A stretch of DNA of 63,326 nucleotides, the filler included, from Octopus bimaculoides (Eukaryota): the NCBI RefSeq assembly GCF_001194135.2. It is 8 parts of 8 records of this genome, joined end to end, with 100 filler letters (N's around TTAATTAATTAA, not from the genome) between each part and the next. Parts side by side here need not be neighbours in the genome. Positions count along the whole stretch, not along the records: positions 1 to 14,096 come from NC_068997.1; 7 more parts are not named here. One strand, written 5' to 3'. Positions 1 through 11,100 of the stretch are shown piece after piece. The position numbers were made by a program, and so were the translations under genes. Within the stretch, counting starts at the first letter, position 1; every line of letters starts with the position of its first letter. The notes under the pieces were generated by a model. It did no database searches and was not told where the DNA came from. It saw only the letters and a program-made list of their open reading frames with translations.

Positions 1-591
1 AATCGGAGTTCGAATTTTGGGTTTAAATCCAAGCAACGGATTATTAAATGCGTTTATTTAGAAGAAAGATACTGTAAAACAACATCATCATCAGAGTGAC
101 AAAGAAAGGTAGGCGATCTTTCGTAGAGAAGGGTATTAAGTGGTTGGGAGATAGGCTAAAAATAACAGCTAAATAGTCCTTAAATCACACACCAACAAAT
201 CTTTTTTTTTTATTCTTGGTTTTGCATCCCGTGTATAAAACATAGATTCGTAAAAATTTTCTGAAAATAAAAAAGTTATGATGCGAGTAAATGGCTTAAG
301 TAAAACAATTCTACCGTTCAACAGACATGTGCGTTCGTACGAACATGCGTGTGTGTCGTACAGACGCATGTCGGATTCGTTTATTCCCTATGTAGATATA
401 TTTAACAGGAAATATTGCTTACTTAGCTCTTCTGGACATTCATTTCCAATAATCTTGCCAAGATACCATCTTCCAGCATGCTTAAAGCCATCCACGATAT
501 GCAATTGAAGGTTGGTTGCAATTAGTAGTTAACTCCCCTGTCTAAGCTGTTCTTTTCAGCACTAGATGGCAGGACCTGTATTTTGGGGAAT

Positions 592-780
592 TTACTCTTT
601 TGTTTCAGTCATTTGACTGCGGCCATGCTGGAGCACCGCCTTTAGTCGAGCAAATCCACCCCAGTACTTATTCTATCCGTCTCTTTTGCCGAACCGCTAA
701 GTTACGGGGACATAAACACACCAGCATCGGTTGTTAAGAGATGTTGGTGGGACAAACACAGACACACAAACATATACACA
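592..780 (-). mobile_element. SINE type A, 3' half
   Basis: Reverse complement of the type A tail. Confidence 0.8.
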
Positions 781-907
781 CACACATACATACATATATA
801 TATATATATATTAATATTAGGGACAAAATCCAAAATTACAGGTAAAAACTCAAGACCATATGTGGCAAAACAAGAGAACTGACAGAGGCTGGGGTCTGTA
901 TGTATTT

Positions 908-943
<36 letters not shown>

Positions 944-1141
944 GGGAGGTCAGGGGATCAAAGGATGGCAGCTAATGCAGGTTTAGTGGGATCCAAATAT
1001 ACAAAGCCAGCATTACTTGCCACAGTTTGAACCCCTGATCTCCCATTTTATCTACTTATGCCCATTTCCTCATTTGTCTCACCATGTAAAGCTTGCTCAC
1101 TCACCCACTCCACCCTTTTCTTTTTCAATGACTCTCTAAGA

Positions 1142-1400
1142 CCAGGGATTCTCAACCATTTTTTTCATCTATGGATCCCTTAGATTACTATTTTATTCCG
1201 GTGGACCCCATAGCCATTTGATAATTAAAAACTAGTTTGTCTTTCCCACAAACTTGTGTAGGCTGAAATTATGTAAAATGTTTGAGAAAAAGCCTAGCTG
1301 TTTCTAATGCAAAATTTTTCCAATGGCTCTTAGAATATCATTGTGGATCCCTAGTTTACTATTTTGGTGTGGAACCTCATTTGTTTTCTTTTACATTCCC
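1142..1400. mobile_element. Possible hAT-type MITE remnant
   Basis: Begins CAGGGATTCTCAACC, a hAT-like terminus. The other end is not clearly identified. Confidence 0.35.
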
Positions 1401-2726
1401 TTTGCCAGGTCTCTCTCTACACAACTTATCTTTCATTGCCCTTACTACTCTGTCACTCCCTTTCCCGCTAATCACTGACACTAGTCCCTTCTCTTTCCCC
1501 TATTCTTTAAAATGCTCCATCTCATAATAGTGACTGCTCTGTTACATTATTATCACCTTCTCACAAATATAATCTGTTCCTTTCAACATACTTTACCTTC
1601 TTTATGACCTTGCCAAAAGAAATCATCCCATTTTCTCTCTCCCTCAGTCATCATCATCATCATCATCGTTTAACGTCCGCTTTCCATGCTAGCATGGGTT
1701 GTTAAGTTATAGGGGGCCCCATTAGGCCCTTTAGTCATGCAAGTTGCAAGCTGAGCTTTCGAGTGATGGTGCCAAGAAAAACGTATTCAGTACACTCCAT
1801 AACAAAAGTGGTTGGCATTAGGAAGGGCATGCAGTCATAGAAACCATACCAGCATGGAGAGAGCCTGTTAAAGGATGATGATATTAAATTCAAAAAGGTT
1901 TTCAGTTCTCCCTTTACTTTATCTAAAAAAATTTTCAGATTTATGTTCTGTGCAATTTTGAAGAATCATAATTACACATGGTGACTAACTAGGGAGTAGA
2001 AAGCACCGAAAGCTTAAGAAATAGATTAGTCTCAACAAATTGAGAAAGATTGCTATGATATAAACTAGCATCTCATTACAGTAGGCTGTTTTGATGACAT
2101 AACCAGGGAAGTTAGTATACCCCAACAAATCTGAAAGCTATATGTCAAAAGACCATTTGTCCCTGATATGTTCAATCCAACCGAACAGTTTTTTAAGGAA
2201 GGAGAGAAGATACAAAGGAGGAGCAGGCCCATCAACTCTACATGCACCAAATACAAACATCAATAAAGTCTTCTTACTGATGAAGACAGTGTCATAACAG
2301 CAGTGACAAGGATTCAGAGAGAGGAAAGGAAACAATTGAGATATAAAGCAAAATAAGAAGAGTACATGAAGCAGTGAGAAATAACAATCAAAATCCTTTG
2401 TGTTTTGTAGTGAATAAAATTTATTTTTTCCATATATTACATTCTATGTGGTCTCTTTTTTTACTTCTTTATTACATTCTTTGGTTGCTCTTTTTCCCCC
2501 TCTCCTACCACCTAGTAAATACAATGTCTGGGTTCTTCCCCCCCGCCATCTCCTCTTTCATTGTTAATATAGTCAAATATGTGAAGTAGGAGGAAATAAT
2601 AGAAAGATAAGAACAAAATGCAGGAAATAAATAAAGACAGTAAAAGAGGAGAGGTGTGGAGATAGGAAGAAGGCAATGTGTGTGTGTATGTATGTGTATG
2701 TATATATATATATATATATATATATA

Positions 2727-2897
2727 GGCGTAGGAGTGGCTGTGTGGTAAGTAGCTTGCATACCAACCACATGGTCCCGGGTTCAGTCCCACTGCGTGGC
2801 ATCTTGGGCAAGTGTCTTCTACTATAGCCTCGGGCCGACCAAAGCCTTGTGAGTGGATTTGGTAGATGGAAACTGAAAGAAACCCGTCGTATATATG

Positions 2898-2928
<31 letters not shown>

Positions 2929-3118
2929 GTTTGTATGTCTGTGTTTGTCCCCACAACATCGCTTGACAACTGATGCTGGTGTGTTTATGTCCCCGTAACT
3001 TAGCGGTTCGGCAAAAGAGACCGATAGAATAAGTACTGGGCTTACAAAGAATAAGTCCTGGGGTCGATTTGCATGGCCACAGTCAAAAGACTGAAACAAG
3101 TAAAAGAGTAAAAGAGTA
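2727..3118 (+). mobile_element. tRNA-derived SINE, type A (full length)
   Basis: tRNA-like head (gagtggctgtgtggtaag...gggttcagtccc), conserved core gccttgtgagtggatttggtaga.ggaaactg, internal (TA)n and tail gaaacaagtaaaagagta. Many copies in the window. Confidence 0.9.
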
Positions 3119-3130
3119 TATATACACATA

Positions 3131-4676
3131 CATACCCAGATTCACACTAATAGCTTAGGAGTGAAATTTAGGATTTCTCAGTTTTCTGTGATAAACTTTT
3201 CTCAGCTTTCATTAATCTGTGTAATGTGATTATTTTTTTTTTTATTTCAGATTCTTCAGTTTTTTGGGTGAACCACACTAACTTTTGAATGAAGACAGCC
3301 CATCTAGACATTTTTTCTTTTTAAATGAAGGGTAATGATACATATTAAGCATGCATTGTGTATATATTTAACAGAAAACCATAATAACAATATAACATTT
3401 ATTGACATAATGAATTATTTAGCCACATGGGAGCCAAGGAAGAAACGATCCAATTGTGGGATTGCCAAGACTATGACAGCTAGGGATTTAAGGAATATTG
3501 GCTAAATACATGAGAAACCTGCACAAACAAGCAAAGCCATTTTCACTGCCTCCAGACTTCCTCACGTACCAAAACCCACCAGAAATCACATCCTTGGGAC
3601 CATGGCTTCTATGCGAATACCCCTGAAACTGCCTCCTTATGGGAGGTTGAGGCTTCAATGGGTCCAATGGTATGAAATTAAACTCAAGTTGTGTTCTATT
3701 CACTGATGAAACCAAAGCAACCCTTGATGAACCTGATGGTCGGGCAAATGGTTCGGTCCATTTTGGAGATGAGCATCACCAACAGGGTGGGGGAGTCATG
3801 TTGCAGGCTGGTATCATTGGGGACAGACTTGTTAGCAGCCTACAGCAATCTCCTGAAGGAGCTCTTGGATCCCTGGCTGGATGACATACTGCTATCACTT
3901 CTAAGGAATCTCGTATTTAGGCATGGCAATGCTCCCTCCCACTCTGCTAGGACCACCCAAACATTCCTAGGGTCTTACAACATACAAGGTGAGAGGTTGA
4001 TGGTGTGACCACTAGCATCACCAGTTCTCAAACCCTATCGAAAATCTTCGATCCATCATTAAACAAGATGTTTATGCCAATTTACGTCAAAAGATCTTTT
4101 ATGGGCAACCATCAAAACTGCAGAAGAGGCAGTCCAACCTGCTGTTATTAAGAAATTCCTTTCTATTATAAGCACAAGGCCTGAAATTTCAGGGTCGGGA
4201 GCTAGTCAATCGGATCGACCCCAGTGCACGACTGGAACTTGATTTATTGACTCCAAAACTACGAAAGGAAAGTTGACCTCGGTGGAATTTGAACTCAGAA
4301 CGTATTAGCAGATAACATACCACGAAGCATTTCGCCTGGTGTGCTAACAATTCTGCCAGCTCACTGCTTTCTATGACTAATATGGTTTGTGAAGTTATCC
4401 ATCAAAATGGCACTCATGTGGCTAAATAATTCATTATGTCAATGTTATAATATTATTATGGTTTTCTATTAAATACATACTCAGTGTATGCTTAATATGT
4501 ATCATTACCCTTCATTTTCTGAAAACAAATGTTTATTTTCATTCAAAAGCTATTAGCGTGGTTCACCCAAAAACTGAAGAATCTGAAATAAAAACAGAAA
4601 TTACGGTACACAGAATAACAGAAAACTGAGAAATCCTAAATTTCACTCCTAAGCTATTAGTGTGGTTCTGGGTGTA
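3131..4676 (+). mobile_element. Decayed Tc1-like DNA transposon (DD37E/TRT-like spacing) with about 150-bp inverted repeats
   Basis: TIRs at about 3131-3293 and 4538-4674 are reverse complements. Internal transposase remnants: VLFTDETKATLDEPDG, QQGGGVML.AGIIGD, HGNAPSHSA...W*PLASPVL(N)PIENL. Stops and frameshifts are present. Confidence 0.9.
4165..4367 (-). mobile_element. tRNA-derived SINE type B, nested in the Tc1-like element
   Basis: Reverse-strand head with B-box gagttcaaattcc. Similar copies at 11140-11297, 24685-24855, 38220-38425 and 49872-50082. Confidence 0.8.
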
Positions 4677-4828
4677 TGTGTGCACACACAGTGTGTGTGT
4701 GTGTGTGTGCACATGTGTCAGTTAGAAAAATATGGAAGGACAGAAATATGATTGGATGTTCAGGAACCAAGCACTCAGAGACAATTGGAATGAAGGTTGC
4801 GGGGTGATATATGGCTGTAGGGCAGGGT

Positions 4829-4834
4829 TTTATT
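4829..4834 (-). promoter_or_regulatory. Candidate polyadenylation signal of the SAFB-like gene
   Basis: First AATAAA on the minus strand, about 80 nt after the stop codon. Confidence 0.4.
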
Positions 4835-4912
4835 ATCTGTCTCAGGTTCCATCTGCCCCTCTGAGTCAAACACCCTGCCAAAATTCCTACCCCTTGGTCC
4901 TCAGTTTGAGTT

Positions 4913-5183
4913 TCACATGGATCCCATCATGTTGTAAGTATTAAAGCGAGGCTGTTGCACACGTCCACCCATGTTGTTGCTGCCACCATGTGTATTCATC
5001 ATCATCATCCCACCTTGTGGTTGAGAGCTGCCAAACATGTTATCAGGTCTCTGGTTCCGCCCCATCCCACCACTGCTGCTACTGGCAACAAATGCTCCAG
5101 TAGCATCGCGCCCTGTTGTGTTCATGGGGTTACCAAGGCACCGGTCATTGGGTCGGATCATATCACTGTTGTTCATGTCTCCG
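4913..5183 (-). CDS. SAFB-like: SAFB-like terminal exon (partial; GDMNNSD...PRFNTYNMMGSM-stop)
   Basis: Open G/M/N/R-rich frame from the gap edge to TGA at 4913-4915. The acceptor is hidden in the gap at 5184-6020. Confidence 0.85.
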
Positions 5184-8100
5184 NNNNNNNNNNNNNNNNN
5201 NNNNNNNNNNNNNNNNNNNNNNNNNNNNNNNNNNNNNNNNNNNNNNNNNNNNNNNNNNNNNNNNNNNNNNNNNNNNNNNNNNNNNNNNNNNNNNNNNNNN
5301 NNNNNNNNNNNNNNNNNNNNNNNNNNNNNNNNNNNNNNNNNNNNNNNNNNNNNNNNNNNNNNNNNNNNNNNNNNNNNNNNNNNNNNNNNNNNNNNNNNNN
5401 NNNNNNNNNNNNNNNNNNNNNNNNNNNNNNNNNNNNNNNNNNNNNNNNNNNNNNNNNNNNNNNNNNNNNNNNNNNNNNNNNNNNNNNNNNNNNNNNNNNN
5501 NNNNNNNNNNNNNNNNNNNNNNNNNNNNNNNNNNNNNNNNNNNNNNNNNNNNNNNNNNNNNNNNNNNNNNNNNNNNNNNNNNNNNNNNNNNNNNNNNNNN
5601 NNNNNNNNNNNNNNNNNNNNNNNNNNNNNNNNNNNNNNNNNNNNNNNNNNNNNNNNNNNNNNNNNNNNNNNNNNNNNNNNNNNNNNNNNNNNNNNNNNNN
5701 NNNNNNNNNNNNNNNNNNNNNNNNNNNNNNNNNNNNNNNNNNNNNNNNNNNNNNNNNNNNNNNNNNNNNNNNNNNNNNNNNNNNNNNNNNNNNNNNNNNN
5801 NNNNNNNNNNNNNNNNNNNNNNNNNNNNNNNNNNNNNNNNNNNNNNNNNNNNNNNNNNNNNNNNNNNNNNNNNNNNNNNNNNNNNNNNNNNNNNNNNNNN
5901 NNNNNNNNNNNNNNNNNNNNNNNNNNNNNNNNNNNNNNNNNNNNNNNNNNNNNNNNNNNNNNNNNNNNNNNNNNNNNNNNNNNNNNNNNNNNNNNNNNNN
6001 NNNNNNNNNNNNNNNNNNNNATATATATATATATATACATATATATATATGTATATGTGTTTGTTATTGTGTCTGTTTGTCCCCCCACCACCACTTGACA
6101 ACAGGTGTTGGTGTGTGTGTGTCCATAATTTAGCAGTTCAGCAAAAGAGACTGACAGAGTAAGTAACAGGTTTAAAAAATAAGTACTGGGGTCAATTCAT
6201 TTGATTAAAAATTCAAAGCAGTGCCCCAGCATGGCCACAGTCTAGTGATCGAAACAAGTAAAAGATGAAAAAGATATCGTGAGAAAACAATGAAAATTTA
6301 CCAGTTCTCACTCGACCCAATCTATTATGAGATGAAATAATTTGCCTGTCAATATCTCGTCCTCGGTCAGGACCCATAAATCTTCTATCAAGTTCTCCAC
6401 TTGGTCCCATATCTCTTCTGAACTCGTTGGGCATCCTGGAAATAAAGAAAAATCAGACACAATGGTAAGTAGGAAATTACTGTATCACAGAAGTGTTTAG
6501 AAACATGTTGAACAAGAGGCGCTTTGTTATTATGTATGCAACATAGTGTGCAGAGAGAGAGAGAGAGAGATGGCACTCCGTCGCTTACGATGTCAAGGGT
6601 TCCAGTTGATCCGATCAACAGAACAGCCTGCTCGTGAAATTAACGTGCAAGTGGCTGAGCACTCCACAGACACGTGTCCCCTTAACGTAGTTCTCGGGGA
6701 TATTCAGCGTGACACAAAGTGTGACAAGGCTGGCCCTTTGAATTACAGGCACAACAGAAACAGGAAGTAAGAGTGAGAGAAAGTTGTGGTGAAAGAGTAC
6801 AGCAGGGTTCGCCACCATCCCCTGCCGGNNNNNNNNNNNNNNNNNNNNNNNNNNNNNNNNNNNNNNNNNNNNNNNNNNNNNNNNNNNNNNNNNNNNNNNN
6901 NNNNNNNNNNNNNNNNNNNNNNNNNNNNNNNNNNNNNNNNNNNNNNNNNNNNNNNNNNNNNNNNNNNNNNNNNNNNNNNNNNNNNNNNNNNNNNNNNNNN
7001 NNNNNNNNNNNNNNNNNNNNNNNNNNNNNNNNNNNNNNNNNNNNNNNNNNNNNNNNNNNNNNNNNNNNNNNNNNNNNNNNNNNNNNNNNNNNNNNNNNNN
7101 NNNNNNNNNNNNNNNNNNNNNNNNNNNNNNNNNNNNNNNNNNNNNNNNNNNNNNNNNNNNNNNNNNNNNNNNNNNNNNNNNNNNNNNNNNNNNNNNNNNN
7201 NNNNNNNNNNNNNNNNNNNCAGCAGTAAAAAAAATTCAGATTTCAATGAAAAGCAAAATTACCGACTGAGATGATCATCTGTTAGAAACTGGTCATCCGA
7301 TTGTCTTTCACCACTGCCTCGAAAATCTCGGAAAAGATCCATCTCCCTTCTCATCATTTCTCTTTCTTTATATTCATTGAAACGGCCTCCAGTTTCTCTG
7401 CCCTCCCCTCTTTCGAAATGGTCAATTTGTCTTCCATAATCTGGTTCCTCAAGTTGTCCAAAGCTGAGAGAGAGAGATAAAAAATAAAAAACAAATGGAT
7501 GAAATAATATATATATATAGCTTAAGGCAATGCTCCAGCATGGTCATAGTCAAATGACTGAAACAAGTAAAAGAATACACACAGACACACAGACACACAC
7601 AAGCATCATCGTCATCATTATTACTCTTATTACTATTATTTAACATCTATTTTCCATGCTGGTATGGGACACATGGTTTGACAGGATCCAGCGAGCTGCA
7701 AGGCCATGTCAAGCTACAATACCAGAATTGGCATGGTTTCCATAGCTGGATGCCCTTCCTAATGCCAACCACCCTGCAGAGTGCACTGGGTGCATTTTTC
7801 ATGCCACTGGCACTAGTGAGGAAAGCCATGTAAACTTGTAGGACTGAAAAAGAACGAAGAAAAAAAGAGAAAGCTCCCACTACTAAGAAGGAAGTGTTTG
7901 AGAGAGGAAGAAGAGTTGGGTAGCTTCATGCCATGTGTTGAAAGGCTGAGCTCATTTTGGGACTCTTTTGAATATAGTTCCAATAACTGTTGTTGCTGTA
8001 ATAGCTGCTTCTGCAACTGCTGTTGCTGCTCTTCTTGCTTTTGCAACTGTACTATGGAAGCTAACAGGACTTCCGTTATTTAACTCGTTGTATCACGAAC

Positions 8101-11100
8101 AAATTGCGAAATAACCTTGTTGCCAGATGTTGTAACGTAATTTGCTATGTACAATAAATAAGACAACCACACAACAGTAACAAACTAATAATCAATATTC
8201 CTTCTGAACTGACCAACCGACTTCACTGCAAACTAACCTGAACTTCACTCGGACCAGTCTATCTCTCGCAANNNNNNNNNNNNNNGGGGGGGGGGGGGGC
8301 GGCATTGTAGCTCTCACCACAACAGTATAAGACCCTAAGGAGTCCCCAGAGCATTTAAGAGAATCAATTTCCTATTCATCCTTAATCTTTATGGCACATG
8401 AGCATCTTCCACATACAAACACTACTTTTGCTGTTAATCTTCCTGTGATCCCACTGCACTTCATGAGTTTCCACAGTTAGTAAAGGGTACACTATAAGGA
8501 TTTCCTACTGTTGTCAACTTGGATAGCTGCTCCCTCAGTAGGGTTCAAACTAGGAAGACTCCCTTTCTCACATGTATTCTCCACATTTAACAGCCTTTCC
8601 TAGTAACACTTCCAAACCACTTTCTTTACAAAGTCACTAAGTGCAAGCATACCATTTACCCATCTATACCCATTTATCACCCACAGCATCTCAATTTTCT
8701 TTGATATACTGTCTAGCAATTTTGAACACCTCTCATCTCTGATCCTCATGTGAGACATTAGAAAACCTTTCTTTCTACTTCTGCTCTTGCTAGATAGACT
8801 TGTCACCTACCTTCCTTGTCAATCACCTCCATTTCCACTATTTCTAAACCTGTCTTTTCTCTTTATATGACCCTGTCTACTTCACTAATCCACCATCATG
8901 TCTCCCTTGGTCTGACAAGCTTTGTTCCAGTCACATATCACATCTGCTGCCCTCGTTAAATTATATACATAATAGAATTAGGTAATAATGACATTGTCTC
9001 CATCACCCATAACTTACCAAGATTCATTCTGGAATGGAGGTTCAAATCTAGGAAGGTTCCTGGAATTCATCATCCTGCGTCTTTTGGGTTCATCCCAGAG
9101 CTCTCCCTTACGTGGGTTCTTTCGATCTGGAGGTCTCGGCACAGAATGTGTCATTTCTTGCAGCCTATTTTAAACAACAAACAACACCACTGGGTCATTG
9201 TCTTGCTTCCTTCATTATGAGATCAAAAAGATCAGCATTACAATATTTTTTCATACATTTGTTATTTCATACATATGAATCTCATTTGAGGTTACTTTCC
9301 ACAATAAGGAAAAGTCCTACATCCTAATCACCAATCTAACAAACAAAACAAACATGAAATTATCCAAACGGAAATCAAAAAACATTATCAGATTAAGTAA
9401 GTGATATCAAAGATTATCAAAAAAAAACCAAAAAAAAAAAACATTAAGTTGATAGAGTAGTAGTAATAGTAATAGTAGGAGTGGCTGTGTGGTAAGTAGC
9501 TTGCTTCTCGACCACATGGTTCGGGGTTCAGTCCCACTGCGTGGCACCTTGGGCAAGTGGCTTCTACTATAGCCTCGGGCCGACCACAGCCTTGTGAGTG
9601 GATTTGGTAAACGGAAACTGAAAGAAGCCCGTAGTATATATGTATATGTATGTGTGTCTGTCAACCGAACATCGCTTGACAACCGATGCTGGTGTGTTTA
9701 TGTCCCCGTAACTTAGCGGTTCGGCTAAAGACACCGATAGAATAAGTACTAGGCTTACAAAGAATAAGTCCTGGGGTCGATTAGCTCGACTAAAGGCGGT
9801 GCTCCAGCATGGCCACAGTCAAATGACTGAAACGAGTAAAAGAGTATACAAGGATGGAATCCAATATTAAACAATTATGATTTCAGTGGAATTTCAACAA
9901 ACCTTAACTGCTCCCGCATAATGTCCAATCNNNNNNNNNNNNNNNNNNNNNNNNNNNNNNNNNNNNNNNNNNNNNNNNNNNNNNNNNNNNNNNNNNNNNN
10001 NNNNNNNNNNNNNNNNNNNNNNNNNNNNNNNNNNNNNNNNNNNNNNNNNNNNNNNNNNNNNNNNNNNNNNNNNNNNNNNNNNNNNNNNNNNNNNNNNNNN
10101 NNNNNNNNNNNNNNNNNNNNNNNNNNNNNNNNNNNNNNNNNNNNNNNNNNNNNNNNNNNNNNNNNNNNNNNNNNNNNNNNNNNNNNNNNNNNNNNNNNNN
10201 NNNNNNNNNNNNNNNNNNNNNNNNNNNNNNNNNNNNNNNNNNNNNNNNNNNNNNNNNNNNNNNNNNNNNNNNNCCCCATAACTTAGCGGTTCGGCAAAAG
10301 AGACCAATAGAATAAGTACCGGGGTCGATTTGCTCGACTAAAGGCAGTGCTCCAGCATGGCCACAGTCAAATGACTGAAACGAGTAAAAGAGTATACAAG
10401 GATGGAATCCAATATTAAACAATTATGATTTCAGTGGAATTTCAACAAACCTTAACTGCTCCCGCATAATGTCCAATCTTATGGCCTCCTCTTTCTGTTT
10501 TTTTTCCACATCCTTCTGAAGCTTTAAAGCTAATGCCAGATTTTGTGACCGACGTTTCTCCTGTGCTTTGGGGCCCTTTTTTCTCCAGCGTGAATTCTTC
10601 TGTCGTTTCTCCTGAAGTTTGTTGGAAATTTTCATTTTNNNNNNNNNNGCATGGCCACAGCCAAATGACTGAAACAAGTAAAAGAGTAAAAGAGTATACA
10701 AGGATGGAATCCAATATTAAACAATTACGATTTCAGTGGAATTTCAACAAACCTTAACTGCTCCCGCATAATGTCCAATCTTATGGCCTCCTCTTTCTGT
10801 TTTTTTTCCACATCCTTCTGAAGCTTTAAAGCTAATGCCAGATTTTGTGACNNNNNNNNNNCTGTGCTTTGGGGCCCTTTTTTCTCCAGCGTGAATTCTT
10901 CTGTCGTTTCTCCTGAAGTTTGTTGGAAATTTTCATTTTCTTTTGAAAAAAAATGAAAAATGAAATGAGAATAACTTCCAAGTACCGAAAATAAAACAAC
11001 ATAAAAATGTACAAAAGAAAACATAAAACAATTGATCCTTCAGAACATTATCTTACAAAGGCATGAAATATGTTAAGTCTAGAATCAAAGATCACAATGG

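Noticed and set aside
945-1045. 19-bp inverted repeat (gggaggtcaggggatcaaa / tttgaacccctgatctccc)
   Set aside because: Short and imperfect, in decayed repeat sequence; probably a MITE remnant.
2069-2356. 95-codon plus-strand frame with two internal stops
   Set aside because: No recognisable family and no consistent splice structure.
4532-4537. AATAAA inside the transposon TIR as a TE-donated poly(A) signal
   Set aside because: An earlier AATAAA exists at 4829-4834, so there is no need to invoke it.
4913-6162. Long ORFs of 300-390 aa in the track
   Set aside because: They consist mostly of X from N gaps. Only the 4913-5183 part is real coding sequence.
7813-8046. Glutamine-rich ORF QKQEEQQQQLQKQLL inside the SAFB-like gene
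   Set aside because: No phase-compatible splice pair was found, and the flanking exons 9018 and 7463 already join in frame. Likely an intronic CAG-type repeat.
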